Assembly: GCA_000934665.2 (NCBI GenBank)
Contig: KZ537956.1
Span: forward strand, 124,001-188,000
Direction of reading: 5' to 3'
Origin: Catajapyx aquilonaris
Taxonomy: Eukaryota
Length of the DNA stretch: 64,000 nt
Position numbers and translations under genes: made by a program. Shown here piece after piece: positions 61,293 through 64,000 of the stretch; position 1 is the stretch's first letter; each line of letters begins with the position of its first letter. Under the pieces are notes generated by a model. It worked only from the letters and a program-made list of their open reading frames with translations, was not told the origin of the DNA and did not search any database.

Positions 61293-61301
61293 GACCACCC
61301 A
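61293..61301 (+). promoter_or_regulatory. Perfect Gli/Ci consensus site
   Basis: GACCACCCA. Confidence 0.3.
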
Positions 61302-64000
61302 GTATATATCATTGGAAAAAAATCAGTGGGGCTTGATGGGATGCAAGCCCGCTGCTAAAATTCCGGCGCATTTTTAGTTCGGATAAAGGCTTCACTGAAG
61401 CAATTAGTCGAGCCAAATTAATAAAGGTAAAAAGCCGCAAAATTATTCTCCTGGATGACGCTAAAATAATTCAACAGCTGTTCCCTTATTACCCGACATG
61501 GTTTTGAAAAGGGTGGGGTAGGATTCATTTCGATTCAATTAAATTCACCCATGTAAAACGCCCGGGCCACAAAATGTACACTGTACGGTTATTTATGCTG
61601 ATGCAGACATAACACTGCCGTGCACGGACATGCGGGGTTTGGAATAGATGGACCCCCACAGAATGAATCACTTCTCATTGCAAAATAACATCCAATCATT
61701 TGTATGTCGAGCCCGTCGGATTCTATGCCAAATTGTGGCAGGCAAAATTATGCCAACAGGAAAAAATAAACAAAGTTTTACCTCAATTGTTAAATAGGCC
61801 CGGTATTAAACTACATGTTACATTTTCCTCGAGCACTGGTTCCTAATGGCCGTTACATGCACTTCTTGCGGAATTAATTGGCAGAGGACGGTTTTTAGCA
61901 GCCAGTGTAATGATCTTTCTGGGAGAGACAATTTCCAGGGATTAGTATTCCGGCCTTGCAACATCTTTATGGATCACGCACTGAAGATGAAACTACCCTA
62001 CCCACGATCACACTTTGGACTTACCAATGAAGACCAAGGAGCTCCTTCTCCAGGAGGAGGTGACACCGCTCACATAAATATCGCCATATTAATGCACTCT
62101 TCTTACGCGTGACTCAATTGTTCTATTTTACCGATGAAAAAAGTTATGTTCAAAACTCATGCCGACCTACGAGTATGTGAATATCGTATGTGAATATCAA
62201 CATCGACTGCAATGAATCAAGGTCTGAAATAAGCCAACCCAGCATGAGAATTCCAGGGAGCTTGACTCACGAAATGCCACCCCCTGTATACCCCCTCCCC
62301 ACTATCCGTGCTGCATTGATTATCCTAATTGAAGCGGATTCGGCATCCAATTCTCTTCTCGTCTCACCCCCCCAAAAGCGATTGGGATAATCGGCAAAGA
62401 ACGTTGATGAGACAGCCCAAGCCCAGCCGTTTTCTTCCCCTTAAACCCCATTACGCGCTCTGCCTGTCCAAGTACACACTTCGGCACAAGTACCCGCACG
62501 TGTAAATCACGTTCGCTTAATGCCTAAATTGGCACCGTTGTAGCCTGATTACGTGGTGCGAATAAGGCAAGACCCGCTATGAATCAGCCTCCTTACTATA
62601 TAGTCAAATGTTCTCCGTGAATAATATATTTATTCGTCGAATAAATACATTTGCGAAAATGCGAGAAATTTGCTAATGTGGGTGCATGATGGAGTGGAGA
62701 ACGGAGGTTAATGCAATAAAATAATGCAAGTGCATGACCTACTCCGGAGCAGAAGACACCCTTGAGAGGACAGGGTCGTATGAAATGGGATATCATGACC
62801 CGCCCATATTATTTTGCTCCCCGCCTCGCAGCAGAAACGATGAATTTCTCCCCGGTAAATGGATGATGCTCACGCGAATACTTTGGGACCTTGTTTCATT
62901 TTCTTAACGTGATGCTCCGCTGGCCAGAGGCAATCCATCCTTTGAAAGGTGCAGTGCAGTGTACCAAGGAGGAATAAAACTTGGATGTGCAACCCATCAC
63001 ATGTTCTGAGATGAATATGCGGCGCTTCTGGACCCTTCAGTTATACGTGTTTCTCTCCCTTTCCTGCACGTCATCATGTCATGACCTGCGCTTGATTGAA
63101 TCCGAACAAAAGGTCCGTCTTGGATGGACCAAATCAATGGGACGATTCTCCTCTCCCCCTCCCCCTCACAACTCAAATAGAGAAATGTGACGCATCCGGG
63201 TCGTCTTCATGAATATCAATCAGGATCCACTTGACCTTCCAATTCGGTTCGTCGTATAACCTACTCATATGCTGTAATCTCCAAGCTCGCTTTCTAGAAT
63301 TATCCGAATGAATAAAACCGTTATTAGTAAGTACAACTGGCCCATTCTTGTGTGTTATGTACCACTTTTACAACAAAAGTGAGATCGTTTGTGTGTACAG
63401 GATGGCTTTTAAGTAGGATTGTAACACGATCCAATTTTTCTGACTGATGTAACGGCATAAGCCTCTCTACTTTTCATCAGATTTACTCTTGCACTGTATG
63501 AAATAGACACGATTAATACGCCTTGGCACTAGACAGTATATCCTGACACTCTAAAACCATACCCATGAAGCCGGCCCTGCTACACGTGAGAGTCTAATTA
63601 ACGGCCTAAATTTGGTCAGCGACTGTGCAACAAAGCCGCAATGAAACATAACACACAGGCCCAGAACATATATCATGTATCACGCCCAATTTGTGTCAAC
63701 CTATCAAGAAAAAAGTCTTCGCCGCAAATGATACGAATCACTGATTATCCCTGGTAATCCGGAAAGATCGGGACAATGGAAGCCAAATAAATTGCTGGAG
63801 ACAAGTGGTTGATTCGCCTCCGCATATAGAGTCACCCGGAATTTGCTAAGAAGCGTCCTTTCAATTGACATGCGCATCATCTTTTCCCTGGGAGGCCTCT
63901 CCTTGTCCGGAAAAAAACGTCTCCTCCTTCCCCCTCTCCTCGAAAGAAAAACGCCAGGCGACGCAAATATTCATGGTGGGGATGGAAGATACGGTGGGAG

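Noticed and set aside
133..63190. ORFs of the supplied six-frame track (longest 197 aa, 58958-59551)
   Set aside because: They are short, overlap on both strands, often use non-ATG starts, have low-complexity or Cys/Arg/Ser-rich random composition and show no recognisable domain. None is called as CDS.
1..64000. Prokaryotic systems (CRISPR array, operons, IS elements, defence islands)
   Set aside because: No regularly spaced direct repeats and no dense long ORFs; microsatellites and overall texture are eukaryotic.

Overview
This is eukaryotic, essentially non-coding DNA, most like an invertebrate animal: GC looks to be in the mid-40s by eye, CpG is not obviously depleted, and there are simple repeats plus N gaps sitting in G/C homopolymers. 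I recognised no protein-coding gene, tRNA, rRNA, snRNA, known miRNA, CRISPR array or intact transposon. The ORFs in the track (all <200 aa) look like chance ORFs. The window reads as a 64-kb gene desert or giant intron with many close matches to metazoan transcription-factor motifs: RFX+NF-Y, YY1/Pho, Gli, Mad/Medea, Exd-Hox, Abd-B/Cdx, CTCF, DRE, p53 and COE. The strongest non-random structure is a 37-bp element present twice in inverted orientation 5.8 kb apart (41979-42015 and 47744-47780, 32/37 identical) around a CGATATATCGATA core. Also notable are two long (TAA)n tracts in inverted orientation with a similar inner flank, a possible multi-hairpin RNA or E-box cluster at ~13.0 kb, a possible decayed APE/EEP endonuclease relic, and a few microexon/smORF candidates. 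Motif calls are sequence matches only; function and species are unproven, and I cannot demonstrate a new biological system from this sequence.
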